From contig JASFEA010000083.1 in the NCBI GenBank assembly GCA_050125095.1, positions 1 through 14,136 of the forward strand: 14,136 nt of DNA, in the 5' to 3' direction. How positions within the stretch are numbered: the first letter of the stretch is position 1; the number at the start of each line of letters is the position of its first letter. Under the pieces are notes generated by a model that saw only the letters and a program-made list of their open reading frames with translations, ran no database searches and was not told the DNA's origin. Of the stretch, positions 1 to 8,043 are shown piece after piece. A program made the translations under genes and the position numbers. The stretch is from a bacterium. GTDB taxonomy: Bacteria; Arandabacterota; Arandabacteria; Arandabacterales; JALGWA01.

Positions 1-216
1 CTGCTCCGCGAGCTGGACAGGGGCCATTTCAGGGTGAGTTTGAGATCAAAGGAGACCATCGACGTCAACGAGATCGCCCAGGCGTTCGGAGGAGGCGGCC
101 ACCAGACGGCCGCGGGCTTCCGCATAGACGGAGACCTCGCCGAAGTCAAGCGGAGGATACGCCAGGAGGTCTCTCGCCATATCACCGAAGCAGGCCCTCC
201 GGGGGAAGCCCGATAA
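1..216 (+). CDS. nrnA: DHH family phosphoesterase (NrnA-like oligoribonuclease/pAp phosphatase), C-terminal DHHA1 domain, 5'-partial
   Basis: Frame +1 is open from base 1 (LLRELDRGHFRVSLRSKETIDVNEIAQAFGGGGHQTAAG). It carries the DHHA1 motifs 'VSLRS' and 'FGGGGHxxAAG' and lies in the usual position upstream of truB. Confidence 0.88.
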   Translation: MLRELDRGHFRVSLRSKETIDVNEIAQAFGGGGHQTAAGFRIDGDLAEVKRRIRQEVSRHITEAGPPGEAR

Positions 217-217
217 T

Positions 218-1102
218 ATGGATGGAGTCCTGATCGTCGACAAGCCCGACGGCATGACGTCCCATGACGTGGTCGACGCCGTCAGGCAGAAAGTGCCCGG
301 CGCCAGGGTAGGGCACGCCGGAACACTGGATCCAAACGCCACGGGCGTGCTGCTCCTCTTAGTCGGCAAGGCGACGAAGATCTCGAGATTCCTCATGGAG
401 CTGGAGAAGGAGTACGTCTTCACGCTCGAGCTCGGCCTGGAGACCGTGACGCTGGACCGCTGGGGCGAGGTCACCGGGAGGAACGACGCGAGCGCCGTTT
501 CGCTGGACGATATTCTGCACGCGGCCTCGAGGTTCAGGGGGCGCTACCAGCAGATCGCCCCCGCCGTCTCCGCGATAAAGCACAGGGGCGTTCCCCTGTA
601 CAAGATGGCGAGAAGAGGTGAACGCACGCCCGTCAAGACGCGTGTCGTGAAAATAAGAGACTTCAAGGTTCTCGACTATTACAATCCCTTCGTGACCCTC
701 AGGGTAGTCTGCTCTTCGGGGACCTACGTGAGGTCGCTGGCAAGGGACATGGGCAGGCAGATCGGCTGCGGCGCCGCCGTATTCTGCCTGAGGAGGTCGA
801 GGATCGGCTCTTTTACCGAAGACGACGCCGTGCCCCTCGCCGACATCCTGGGAGCACCTAACCCCGGCCGTTTTCTCATGAACATCGGTGAAAGCCTGAG
901 GCATATGCCCAGGGTCCGCATCCGTCCGGACAGCGTCGCGGGCGTCAGGGCGGGCAGGAGCCCCCGTGAAGACGACGTGAGCGAAGTGCTTCCGGGCGGC
1001 GTCTCGGAGTACGCGGCCCTGGCGGATGACTCGGGCGGCATTATCGGCATCGCGCGGCGCCCCGGCCCCGCCGGCGACTACAAGATAGAACGCATTCTGT
1101 GA
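218..1102 (+). CDS. truB: tRNA pseudouridine(55) synthase TruB
   Basis: Motifs DKPxGxTSHDVV, GHAGTLDPxATGVL (catalytic Asp) and CSSGTYVRSLARDMG; 294 aa. Confidence 0.97.
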   Translation: MDGVLIVDKPDGMTSHDVVDAVRQKVPGARVGHAGTLDPNATGVLLLLVGKATKISRFLMELEKEYVFTLELGLETVTLDRWGEVTGRNDASAVSLDDILHAASRFRGRYQQIAPAVSAIKHRGVPLYKMARRGERTPVKTRVVKIRDFKVLDYYNPFVTLRVVCSSGTYVRSLARDMGRQIGCGAAVFCLRRSRIGSFTEDDAVPLADILGAPNPGRFLMNIGESLRHMPRVRIRPDSVAGVRAGRSPREDDVSEVLPGGVSEYAALADDSGGIIGIARRPGPAGDYKIERIL

Positions 1103-1103
1103 G

Positions 1104-2051
1104 GTGAGCGCCCTGAATATAGTACGCGATCTCGACAGGCCGCTTTATGACGACTCCAAGTCGGTGGTCACCATCGGCGCCTTCGACGGCATACACAGGG
1201 GGCATGTCAAGATCTTGAGGGAATTAGATATGCTGGCGCGCGGCATTGACGGGAGGGGTGTCGTCGTAACCTTCGAGCCCCATCCCCTGTCTGTCCTGCG
1301 CCCCGATGAGAGGCCCTGCCTCCTGACGGACCCGTCCGAGAAAGCGGCTCTTATCGAAGGGGCCGGTGTGGACGACCTGGTCATCATGGAGTTCACGAGC
1401 GAGCTCGCCGGGAAGAGCGCCGACTGGTTCCTCAAAGAAATCCTGCTTGGCAGGCTCGGCATGAGGAGGCTTGTGATAGGGTATGACTTCCGCTTCGGCA
1501 AATCGCGGGAGGGCGACGCGGCTTATCTGGAGCGGACCGGGGAGAGGATGGATTTCGGGGTCGATATCGTGCCGCCGCTCTTGTTCATGAAGCGCCCGGT
1601 CAGCTCGACCAGGGTGCGGACGGCCATCGCGCGGGGAGAAGTCGCGGTCGCCGCCGATATGCTGGGGAGGCCCTATTCCCTGTCGGGTACGGTTGTCCGC
1701 GGCGAGGGCAGGGGGCAGTCGCTCGAGTTCCCGACCGCGAATCTCGAACTCGGCGATTCAAGGAAGATGGTGCCCCCCGACGGCGTTTACGCGGTAAGGG
1801 CCCTCTACGGGGGGAGGCGCGCGGCCGGCGCGCTTTACATCGGCGTCAGGCCGACTTACGGCGGGAAGGCAAGGAGCATAGAGGTTTATATTATTGACGC
1901 GCCTGACGTGCCGGAGTATGGTGGCCCTTTGACAATAGAGTTCAACGAAAGGGTGCGCGGCGAGAAGACCTTCGAGAACGACGCCGCGCTCAAGTCCCAG
2001 ATCGCCGAGGACGTTGAGAAAATACGTGTGATTATGGGAATTAGTGCTTGA
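1104..2051 (+). CDS. ribF: bifunctional riboflavin kinase / FAD synthetase
   Basis: TIGAFDGIHRGH, TFEPHP, GYDFRFG, VSSTRVR, GEGRG...FPTAN motifs. GTG start 1 nt after the truB stop. Confidence 0.97.
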   Translation: MSALNIVRDLDRPLYDDSKSVVTIGAFDGIHRGHVKILRELDMLARGIDGRGVVVTFEPHPLSVLRPDERPCLLTDPSEKAALIEGAGVDDLVIMEFTSELAGKSADWFLKEILLGRLGMRRLVIGYDFRFGKSREGDAAYLERTGERMDFGVDIVPPLLFMKRPVSSTRVRTAIARGEVAVAADMLGRPYSLSGTVVRGEGRGQSLEFPTANLELGDSRKMVPPDGVYAVRALYGGRRAAGALYIGVRPTYGGKARSIEVYIIDAPDVPEYGGPLTIEFNERVRGEKTFENDAALKSQIAEDVEKIRVIMGISA

Positions 2052-2074
2052 TTTATGGCCTTGTAAGGTCTAAC

Positions 2075-2085
2075 TAATATACTAT
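2075..2085 (+). promoter_or_regulatory. possible -10 element upstream of rpsO
   Basis: AT-rich intergenic with TATACT at 2078-2083 (5/6 match to TATAAT). No convincing -35 at 16-18 nt spacing. Confidence 0.35.
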
Positions 2086-2110
2086 ACGAGCCTGAGAGGG
2101 GGTGAAACGG

Positions 2111-2380
2111 TTGTCTTTGAGTAAGGACGAGAAAGAGGAAATCATAAAGAAGTTCCAGGTCCATGATAAGGACTCCGGATCGCCGGAGGTTCAAATCGCG
2201 CTCTTGACCGAGAGGATCAAGCAACTGACCGGGCATTTCCAGGTGCACAAGAAAGACTATCACTCCAGACGCGGCCTTTTGAAGCTTGTCGGCCAGCGCA
2301 GGAGACTCCTGGATTATCTCAAGTCCAAACGGATTGAGAAATACCGCGAAGTGGTCAAAGAACTAGGCCTGCGCAGATGA
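2111..2380 (+). CDS. rpsO: 30S ribosomal protein S15
   Basis: [23 protein letters not shown]...[26 protein letters not shown] start at 2111, just after the SD-like GGGGGTGA (2098-2105), gives the canonical 89 aa. The ORF track's GTG at 2102 lies inside that SD. Confidence 0.98.
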   Translation: MSLSKDEKEEIIKKFQVHDKDSGSPEVQIALLTERIKQLTGHFQVHKKDYHSRRGLLKLVGQRRRLLDYLKSKRIEKYREVVKELGLRR

Positions 2381-2420
2381 TTGTGGCGGATGGAAGAGAG
2401 AGAAACTAAGAGGTCGATTG

Positions 2421-4691
2421 ATGGTTGTTGAAGAGAAGATTGAAATCGGTGGCAATACCCTCTCGATAGAGTCGGGCAGGGTGGCCAAGCAGGCAGGCGG
2501 CGCCGTTCTCGTCAGGTACGGCGACACGGTGGTACTTGTGACGACGGTTATCAGCAAGGAGCCGCTGGAAGGTTACACGTTCTTACCGCTTCTGGTTGAG
2601 TACAGAGAGAAATCCTACGCGGCCGGGAAGATCCCCGGCGGCTTTTTCAAACGGGAAGGAAGGCCCAGCGAGAAGGAGATCTTGAGCGCAAGGCTGATCG
2701 ACCGGCCCGTCCGTTCCCGTTTTCCCAGAGGTTTCCGCCATGATGTGCAGGTGGCAGCCACGGTACTTTCGTCCGACCAGGAGAACGACTCGGACATACT
2801 GGCCGTGGTGGGGGCCTCCGCATCCCTGGCTCTGGCAGGCGCGCCCGTGGGCGAGCCCCTGGCGGCAGTCAGAGTAGGCAGGGTAGACGGAGAGTGGATC
2901 GTCAATCCCACTTTCCAGCAGAAGGCCGAAGGCGATGTCGACATGGTCGTCGTCGGCGCCGGCGACGAGATCGTGATGGTCGAAGGCGGAATGAAGGAGG
3001 TCAGCGAAGAGGACTTCCTGAAGTGCATAGAGGTTGCTGCGGCGGAGCTGCCCAAAGTGACCGACATGATTAAGAAGATCGCAGAGAAGTGCGGGAAAGA
3101 GGAGATAGCATTCACCCCGCCTGAGATAAATCCCGAGGTGCTTAGTGAAATCGAGTCGCGCTATGGGTCGAGAATACGGGAGGCCTGCGAGTTTCCCGAG
3201 AAGACCGAGCGCCATGACAAGATAAAGGTGGTCAAGGAAGAAGCCCGGGTCGCTTTTGAGGAGAAGCTCGAGGAGTGGGAAAGCGACATAGACGAGGCCC
3301 TGAGCAAAATCGAGCATGACCACCTGCGCGCTCTCATTATCAATGAGGACAGGCGCGTGGACGGGCGCAGCCTCGCAGATGTAAGGCCCATCACCTGCGA
3401 GATAGGCGTGCTGCCCAGGACTCACGGGTCGGCCCTATTCACGCGCGGCCAGACACAGTCGCTGACGGTGACCACGCTGGGCACCGCCATGGATGAGCAG
3501 AGAATAGACGACCTGGAAGGCGAGAGTACCAAGAGCTATATGCTCCACTACAACTTCCCGCCGTTCAGCGTCGGCGAGATAAGGCCGTTCAGGGGACCCG
3601 CCAGGAGAGAGATCGGCCACGGGGCCCTGGCCGAGAGATCCATCCAGCCGGTGATCCCCGAGAGCGAGGTGTTTCCCTACACTGTCAGGCTGGTATCCGA
3701 CATACTGGAGTCCAACGGCTCGTCTTCGATGGCCACTGTGTGCGCGGGCACTCTGGCGCTGATGGACGCCGGCGTCCCCATCAAGGCCCCCGTATCGGGG
3801 GTGGCAATGGGCATCGTGGTGGAAGAAGACCGTTACAAGATACTCACCGATATTCTCGGCGTTGAGGACCATCACGGAGACATGGACTTCAAGGTCGCCG
3901 GAACGAGGAATGGGCTCACCGCCGTCCAGATGGACCTCAAGATCCCGGGCCTCACCATCGACATCATCCGTGAAATCCTCGCGCAATCCACGCCGGCGAG
4001 GATGCACATTCTCGACAAGATGGAGGCGACGATACCGGCGCCCAGGGCGGAGCTCTCCACCTACGCGCCCAGGATCATCGCCATGCAGATCGACAGGGAG
4101 AAGATAAGGGACGTTATCGGCCCGGGCGGCAAGATCATCCGCGGCATTATCGAGGAGACCGGGGCCGTCATAGACATCGAGGACGACGGCTCGGTCAGGA
4201 TATTCTCGGCCGACGGGGAAGCCGGCCTTAAAGCCAAGGCCATTGTCGAGTCCCTGGTGCAGGAACCCGAAGTCGGCAAAGTCTACAACGGCGTTGTGAA
4301 GAGGATAGTGGACTTCGGGGCCTTCGTCGAGATTCTGCCCGGCAAGGACGGTCTGCTGCACGTCTCCGAGATCGATCTCCACCGTGTGGAGAACGTCCAT
4401 GACGTCCTGAAAGAGGGCGACGAGATCCAGGTGAAACTGATCGGCTTCGAGCGCGAGGGGAAGATGCGCCTCTCCCGCAAGGTGCTTCTCGACGGCTACG
4501 ATCCCGAGGCGGATTCCCGCCGCAGTGACAGAGGCGGGTCGGGCGGCCGCCGTCCCGGCGGGCGCAGTTCGGACCGCCGCGGCTCCGGGGGCAGGAGCTC
4601 GGGCGGCAGAAGGGATGAACGCCGCAGGGACGACCACAGAAGGGACGACCGACGGAGGCACAGCGGCAGCCGGTCCGACGGAAACAGATGA
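2421..4691 (+). CDS. pnp: polyribonucleotide nucleotidyltransferase (PNPase) with an Arg/Gly/Asp/Ser-rich C-terminal tail
   Basis: YAAGKIPGGFFKREGRPS, RLIDRPVR, HGSALFTRGQTQ, RREIGHGALAER, LESNGSSSMA and GDMDFKVAGT motifs, plus KH (IGPGGKIIR) and S1 (FGAFVEILPGKDGLLHVSEI) domains. ATG 2421 follows GAGG at 2410-2413. Confidence 0.98.
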   Translation: MVVEEKIEIGGNTLSIESGRVAKQAGGAVLVRYGDTVVLVTTVISKEPLEGYTFLPLLVEYREKSYAAGKIPGGFFKREGRPSEKEILSARLIDRPVRSRFPRGFRHDVQVAATVLSSDQENDSDILAVVGASASLALAGAPVGEPLAAVRVGRVDGEWIVNPTFQQKAEGDVDMVVVGAGDEIVMVEGGMKEVSEEDFLKCIEVAAAELPKVTDMIKKIAEKCGKEEIAFTPPEINPEVLSEIESRYGSRIREACEFPEKTERHDKIKVVKEEARVAFEEKLEEWESDIDEALSKIEHDHLRALIINEDRRVDGRSLADVRPITCEIGVLPRTHGSALFTRGQTQSLTVTTLGTAMDEQRIDDLEGESTKSYMLHYNFPPFSVGEIRPFRGPARREIGHGALAERSIQPVIPESEVFPYTVRLVSDILESNGSSSMATVCAGTLALMDAGVPIKAPVSGVAMGIVVEEDRYKILTDILGVEDHHGDMDFKVAGTRNGLTAVQMDLKIPGLTIDIIREILAQSTPARMHILDKMEATIPAPRAELSTYAPRIIAMQIDREKIRDVIGPGGKIIRGIIEETGAVIDIEDDGSVRIFSADGEAGLKAKAIVESLVQEPEVGKVYNGVVKRIVDFGAFVEILPGKDGLLHVSEIDLHRVENVHDVLKEGDEIQVKLIGFEREGKMRLSRKVLLDGYDPEADSRRSDRGGSGGRRPGGRSSDRRGSGGRSSGGRRDERRRDDHRRDDRRRHSGSRSDGNR
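4611..4655 (+). repeat. three imperfect 15-nt tandem repeats in the pnp 3' end (RDERR-RDDHR-RDDRR)
   Basis: AGGGATGAAC at 4611, AGGGACGACC at 4626 and AGGGACGACC at 4641; period 15 nt. Confidence 0.75.
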
Positions 4692-5953
4692 CCTCCGTCT
4701 ACAGCAAGCATGTCCTTCCCAACGGCGTGAGGATAGTAACCAGCGTCCTGCCCGAAGCCACGTCGGTGGCCATCGGATTCTGGGTTGACGTCGGTTCAAG
4801 GTGCGAACCCCATTCCGTATCGGGGATGTCTCATTTCATAGAGCACGTCCTCTTCAAGGGAACTCACAAGAGGACGGCATTCGACATCGCCTACTCCATG
4901 GAGTCGCTTGGCGGGAGCCTCGATGCATTGACCGGGAGGGAGACAACCGTGTTCCTCTCGCGTTGCCTGCCCGAGCACCTCAACGTTTCGGTTGACGTGA
5001 TCGCCGACATGCTCTCGGACCCCAGGCTGGCTGAAAACGACATCGAGACCGAAAAGAGGGTTGTAATAGAGGAGATCAAGAGCTTCGAGGACCTTCCGGA
5101 CGAGATAGTGTACGAGCTCCTGGCCAAGTCGGTATGGAACGGCGATTCGATAGGCCGGCCCATACTGGGGAATCGCGAGTCCGTTTCGGGTTTCGACAGC
5201 ACCGCCGTGCGCGGCTTCTTCGAGTCCTATTACGCGCCGCGCAGCACAGTGGTCGCGGCGGCGGGCAATGTCGACCATGACGCGCTTGTCGAGCACGTTT
5301 CGGAGGCGCTGAAAATGCCCGGTGTGGAGACCCCCGCGAGTAAAGAGACCTACACAAGCGAGATACCGCGCATATATCATGAGGAAAGGGACTCGGCGCA
5401 GTGTTACATCTGCCTCGGAACGCTTGCGCCTTCATACCTCGAAGACCGGCGGTACGCCACGATACTGCTGTCGGCAATGCTCGGCGGCGGCATGAGCTCC
5501 AGGCTGTTCCAGGTTGTCAGGGAACAGCTGGGCCTTGCCTACGCGGTGCACTCAAGCTGCGAGTTCTACCGGGACACCGGCCTCTTCACGACTTTTCTCG
5601 CCGTGGACCCCGAGATGAAGTCCAGGGCCGTGGCGAGCGTGGCGGGCGAGTTCAAGCGTTTCAAGAAGAACGGGCTCGACAAAGACGAGTTGGAAGGCGC
5701 GAAACGGCAGCTCCGGGGCAGCCTCATCCTCGGTCTTGAGAGCCTGACCGCGAGTATGAGCCGCATAGCCCGCCTGGAGCTGTACCTCGGCGATTATTAC
5801 CCTCTTGAGAAGTCCATAGAGATGACGCTCGCCGTGACGGAGGACGACATCATGGAGGAAGCGGAGAGACTTCTTGAAGCCTCGACCTTCTCGCTGGTTA
5901 CCGTCGGACCCTCGCCGGACGAGACGCTCACCGAGGCCGACCTGGACTTCTGA
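4688..5953 (+). CDS. M16 family (pitrilysin/MPP-like) zinc peptidase
   Basis: Inverted zinc motif HFIEH (HxxEH) in 'GMSHFIEHVLFKGT', plus 'EKRVVIEEI' and 'LGGGMSSRLFQVVREQLGLAY'. ATGA overlap with the pnp stop. Confidence 0.95.
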   Translation: MTSVYSKHVLPNGVRIVTSVLPEATSVAIGFWVDVGSRCEPHSVSGMSHFIEHVLFKGTHKRTAFDIAYSMESLGGSLDALTGRETTVFLSRCLPEHLNVSVDVIADMLSDPRLAENDIETEKRVVIEEIKSFEDLPDEIVYELLAKSVWNGDSIGRPILGNRESVSGFDSTAVRGFFESYYAPRSTVVAAAGNVDHDALVEHVSEALKMPGVETPASKETYTSEIPRIYHEERDSAQCYICLGTLAPSYLEDRRYATILLSAMLGGGMSSRLFQVVREQLGLAYAVHSSCEFYRDTGLFTTFLAVDPEMKSRAVASVAGEFKRFKKNGLDKDELEGAKRQLRGSLILGLESLTASMSRIARLELYLGDYYPLEKSIEMTLAVTEDDIMEEAERLLEASTFSLVTVGPSPDETLTEADLDF

Positions 5954-5962
5954 CGGCGCCTG

Positions 5963-7141
5963 CTAGACGAGGCCGCTCTTGGCGATCCGGTCCATGGCTT
6001 CCTCGATGCGCGCCTCTTCCTCTATGAGCGATATTCTCACGAAGCCCTCGCCGTAGGTTCCGAATCCCTTGCCCGGGGCCATTACCACCCCGGTCCTGGC
6101 AAGTACCTGTTCGGCGAATTCCATTGAAGAGGAATAGCGTTCGGGAATGGAGGCCCATACATAGAGGGTCGCCCTGGGCTTCATGGCCTTCATGCCCAGC
6201 GAGCCGAGGCCGGCCATGACCTTGTCCCGTCTCTTCCTGTAGACCTCGCGCGTCGGCTTGATGAGGCCGTCGCCCGCGTCGAGCAGCCGCCCGCCCGCCC
6301 GCTGCATCGCCATGAATACGCCGAAGTCCATGTTGCTCTTTATATTGAGCATGTTTCCGACGACTGTCGAGTTCCCCACCACGAATCCCAGACGCCAGCC
6401 GGGCATAGAGTAGGTCTTGGAGAAGGAGTAGAACTCTATGGCCCGTTCCTTCGCGCCGGGCAGCTCCAGGAAGCTCATGGAGCGGTAGTCCGGTTCCAGG
6501 TTGAGCTCGGCGTACGCGATATCCGAGACCACCAGCAGGTCATGTTTCACCGCGAACTCCAGAATCTCCTCATAGAGCTCGCGCGTCTCAATCGCGCCGG
6601 TCGGGTTGTTGGGATAGTTGATGAGCAGCACTTCGGCTTTTGCCGCGGTCTCCGCGGGGATGGCGTCGAGATCGGGGTGGAAGCCGTTGGCCGGGTTGAG
6701 TTCGACCTCATAGAGCGTGCCGTCCGAAACCGCGACAGCTCCGATGTAGGCCGGATAGCACGGCGACGTCACGAGCGCAACCTCGTCCCGGTCGAGATAC
6801 GACAGGAAGAACTTGGCGATGCCCTCCTTGGAGCCGATCAGCGGAAGCGCCTCGGTCGCGGGGTCTATATCGACGCCGAACCTTGTCTTGTAATAGCGCG
6901 CTATGGCCTCTCGGAACTCGGGTATGCCGTGAAAGGGCGGGTACCTGTGGTTCTGGTGGTCGGGGTCGTCCAGCGCCGCCTTGAGCTCCTCGATGATCCT
7001 GGGATGCGGCCGCATATCGGGGTTGCCGACGCCCATGTCTATAACGTCCATGCCCGCCTTGACCGCCGCGTCCCTTGCCAGGTTCAGCGCCGCGAAAGGA
7101 TAGGGCCTGAGTCTTCCGAGTCTTTTATTGGTGGTTTTCAA
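5963..7141 (-). CDS. class I/II PLP-dependent aminotransferase, LL-diaminopimelate aminotransferase / AlaC-like
   Basis: VIDMGVGNPD, LIGSKEGI, NYPNNPTG, DIAYAE and SFSKTYSMPGWRLG (PLP lysine). TTG start preceded by a GGAGGA SD on the - strand. Substrate is not determinable by eye. Confidence 0.9.
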   Translation of the reverse strand: MKTTNKRLGRLRPYPFAALNLARDAAVKAGMDVIDMGVGNPDMRPHPRIIEELKAALDDPDHQNHRYPPFHGIPEFREAIARYYKTRFGVDIDPATEALPLIGSKEGIAKFFLSYLDRDEVALVTSPCYPAYIGAVAVSDGTLYEVELNPANGFHPDLDAIPAETAAKAEVLLINYPNNPTGAIETRELYEEILEFAVKHDLLVVSDIAYAELNLEPDYRSMSFLELPGAKERAIEFYSFSKTYSMPGWRLGFVVGNSTVVGNMLNIKSNMDFGVFMAMQRAGGRLLDAGDGLIKPTREVYRKRRDKVMAGLGSLGMKAMKPRATLYVWASIPERYSSSMEFAEQVLARTGVVMAPGKGFGTYGEGFVRISLIEEEARIEEAMDRIAKSGLV

Positions 7142-7172
7142 TTCTCAGTCCTCCTGTCTGGCAAACCACAGT

Positions 7173-7202
7173 ATTCTATCAGAAAACCGGGCGGGGCGAT
7201 AA
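7173..7202 (-). promoter_or_regulatory. putative extended -10 sigma70 promoter for the aminotransferase
   Basis: The minus strand reads TGA-TAGAAT (7181-7173), a TGn extended -10. There is a weak -35 (TTATCG, 7202-7197) at 18-nt spacing. Confidence 0.55.
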
Positions 7203-7242
7203 CAGTTTTTGCGTGAATGCGATGGTCGTCCCCGCTAATAGT

Positions 7243-7271
7243 TTGACACGGGGCCGGGTGTAAGGTAGGCT
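7243..7271 (+). promoter_or_regulatory. putative sigma70 promoter for the Cys-rich ORF-dut-deacetylase-ubiA operon
   Basis: Perfect TTGACA (7243-7248), exactly 17 nt, then TAGGCT (7266-7271; conserved T, A and final T). Confidence 0.65.
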
Positions 7272-7280
7272 CGGGGACGT

Positions 7281-7565
7281 ATGAGCACCGTTAACCTGAC
7301 AGTGATTGAAGGCGGGCGTGGCGCGGACGGCGGCCCGTTGCCGCAGGGTTTCGCGGGCAAGCACGCTTGCGAATACTGCAAGTGCTGCTCTTGCAAGAAG
7401 GCCTGCACCATGTGCAGGAACAACTGCACGCCTGCGGAGTCGTATTTCATTCCCGTAATAGGCTGCCCTGACTTCGAAGACATGAGGAAATTCGAGCCGA
7501 TCAGGTACCTGTACCGGAGAAGCGGGGGAGCCGAGTACAGGATTCGTCTGCCAAAATCGAGATAG
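7281..7565 (+). CDS. small cysteine-rich hypothetical protein (probable metal-binding)
   Basis: 94-aa ATG ORF that fills the gap between the promoter and dut. Pattern H-x-C-x2-C-x-C-C-x-C-x3-C-x2-C-x3-C-x12-C; all 9 Cys use TGC, in keeping with the GC3 bias of neighbouring genes. Confidence 0.72.
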   Translation: MSTVNLTVIEGGRGADGGPLPQGFAGKHACEYCKCCSCKKACTMCRNNCTPAESYFIPVIGCPDFEDMRKFEPIRYLYRRSGGAEYRIRLPKSR

Positions 7566-7592
7566 GCCGCTATCCTCTCGTTCAACAGACTT

Positions 7593-8042
7593 ATGGGCAA
7601 ACTCAAGGTCAAAGTCAGAAGGCTTCCCCATATGAGGGACCTGCCGCTTCCGTCAAAGCAGAGCGGGGGCTCCTCTGGAGTGGATCTCTATGCCTGCGTG
7701 GAAGCCGATGTCACGCTGGCCCCGGGGGCCTCGGCCCTGGTGCCGGCGGGCATATCGGTGGAGTTGCCGCGCGGGTACGAGGCCCAGGTGAGACCGCGTT
7801 CGGGACTCGCTCTCAAGAAGGGCGTCACAGTGCTCAATTCCCCCGGGACGGTGGATTCGGACTACAGGGGCGAGGTCGGGGTCATTCTCATAAATCACGG
7901 CAGAGAGAGCGTGAAGATCCGGAGGGGCGAGCGAATCGCCCAGATGGTCTTCTGCGCGGTCTGTGACCCCGTGATCGAGGAATCCGGGTGCCTTGAGGAG
8001 ACGGCGAGGGGCGAGGGGGGCTTCGGGCACACAGGAGCGTAG
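7593..8042 (+). CDS. dut: dUTP diphosphatase (trimeric dUTPase)
   Basis: All five motifs are present: [37 protein letters not shown]. Confidence 0.97.
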   Translation: MGKLKVKVRRLPHMRDLPLPSKQSGGSSGVDLYACVEADVTLAPGASALVPAGISVELPRGYEAQVRPRSGLALKKGVTVLNSPGTVDSDYRGEVGVILINHGRESVKIRRGERIAQMVFCAVCDPVIEESGCLEETARGEGGFGHTGA

Positions 8043-8043
8043 C

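Noticed and set aside
2583..4799. Long minus-strand ORFs (280 aa, 454 aa and others) opposite pnp
   Set aside because: These are antisense shadows of a conserved gene with high GC3 and have no recognisable motifs.
5954..5962. Terminator between the convergent M16 peptidase and aminotransferase genes
   Set aside because: The gap is only 9 nt, with no hairpin plus U-tract on either strand.
7158..7280. Riboswitch look-alikes: GGCAAACC (c-di-GMP-I-like) at 7160 and GCGATGG (fluoride-like) at 7219
   Set aside because: The partner motifs (GGACGCAAAGC and GCTGATG, respectively) and supporting stems are absent.
7179..7631. Minus-strand ORFs of 150 and 125 aa opposite the Cys-rich ORF
   Set aside because: They overlap the dut start and the promoter elements, and the + ORF has the better promoter, codon and operon support.
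7593..8042. dUTPase plus small Cys-rich ORF as a prophage remnant or anti-phage locus
   Set aside because: dut looks like the ordinary chromosomal gene in a typical neighbourhood, and there is no integrase, att-like repeat or phage gene.
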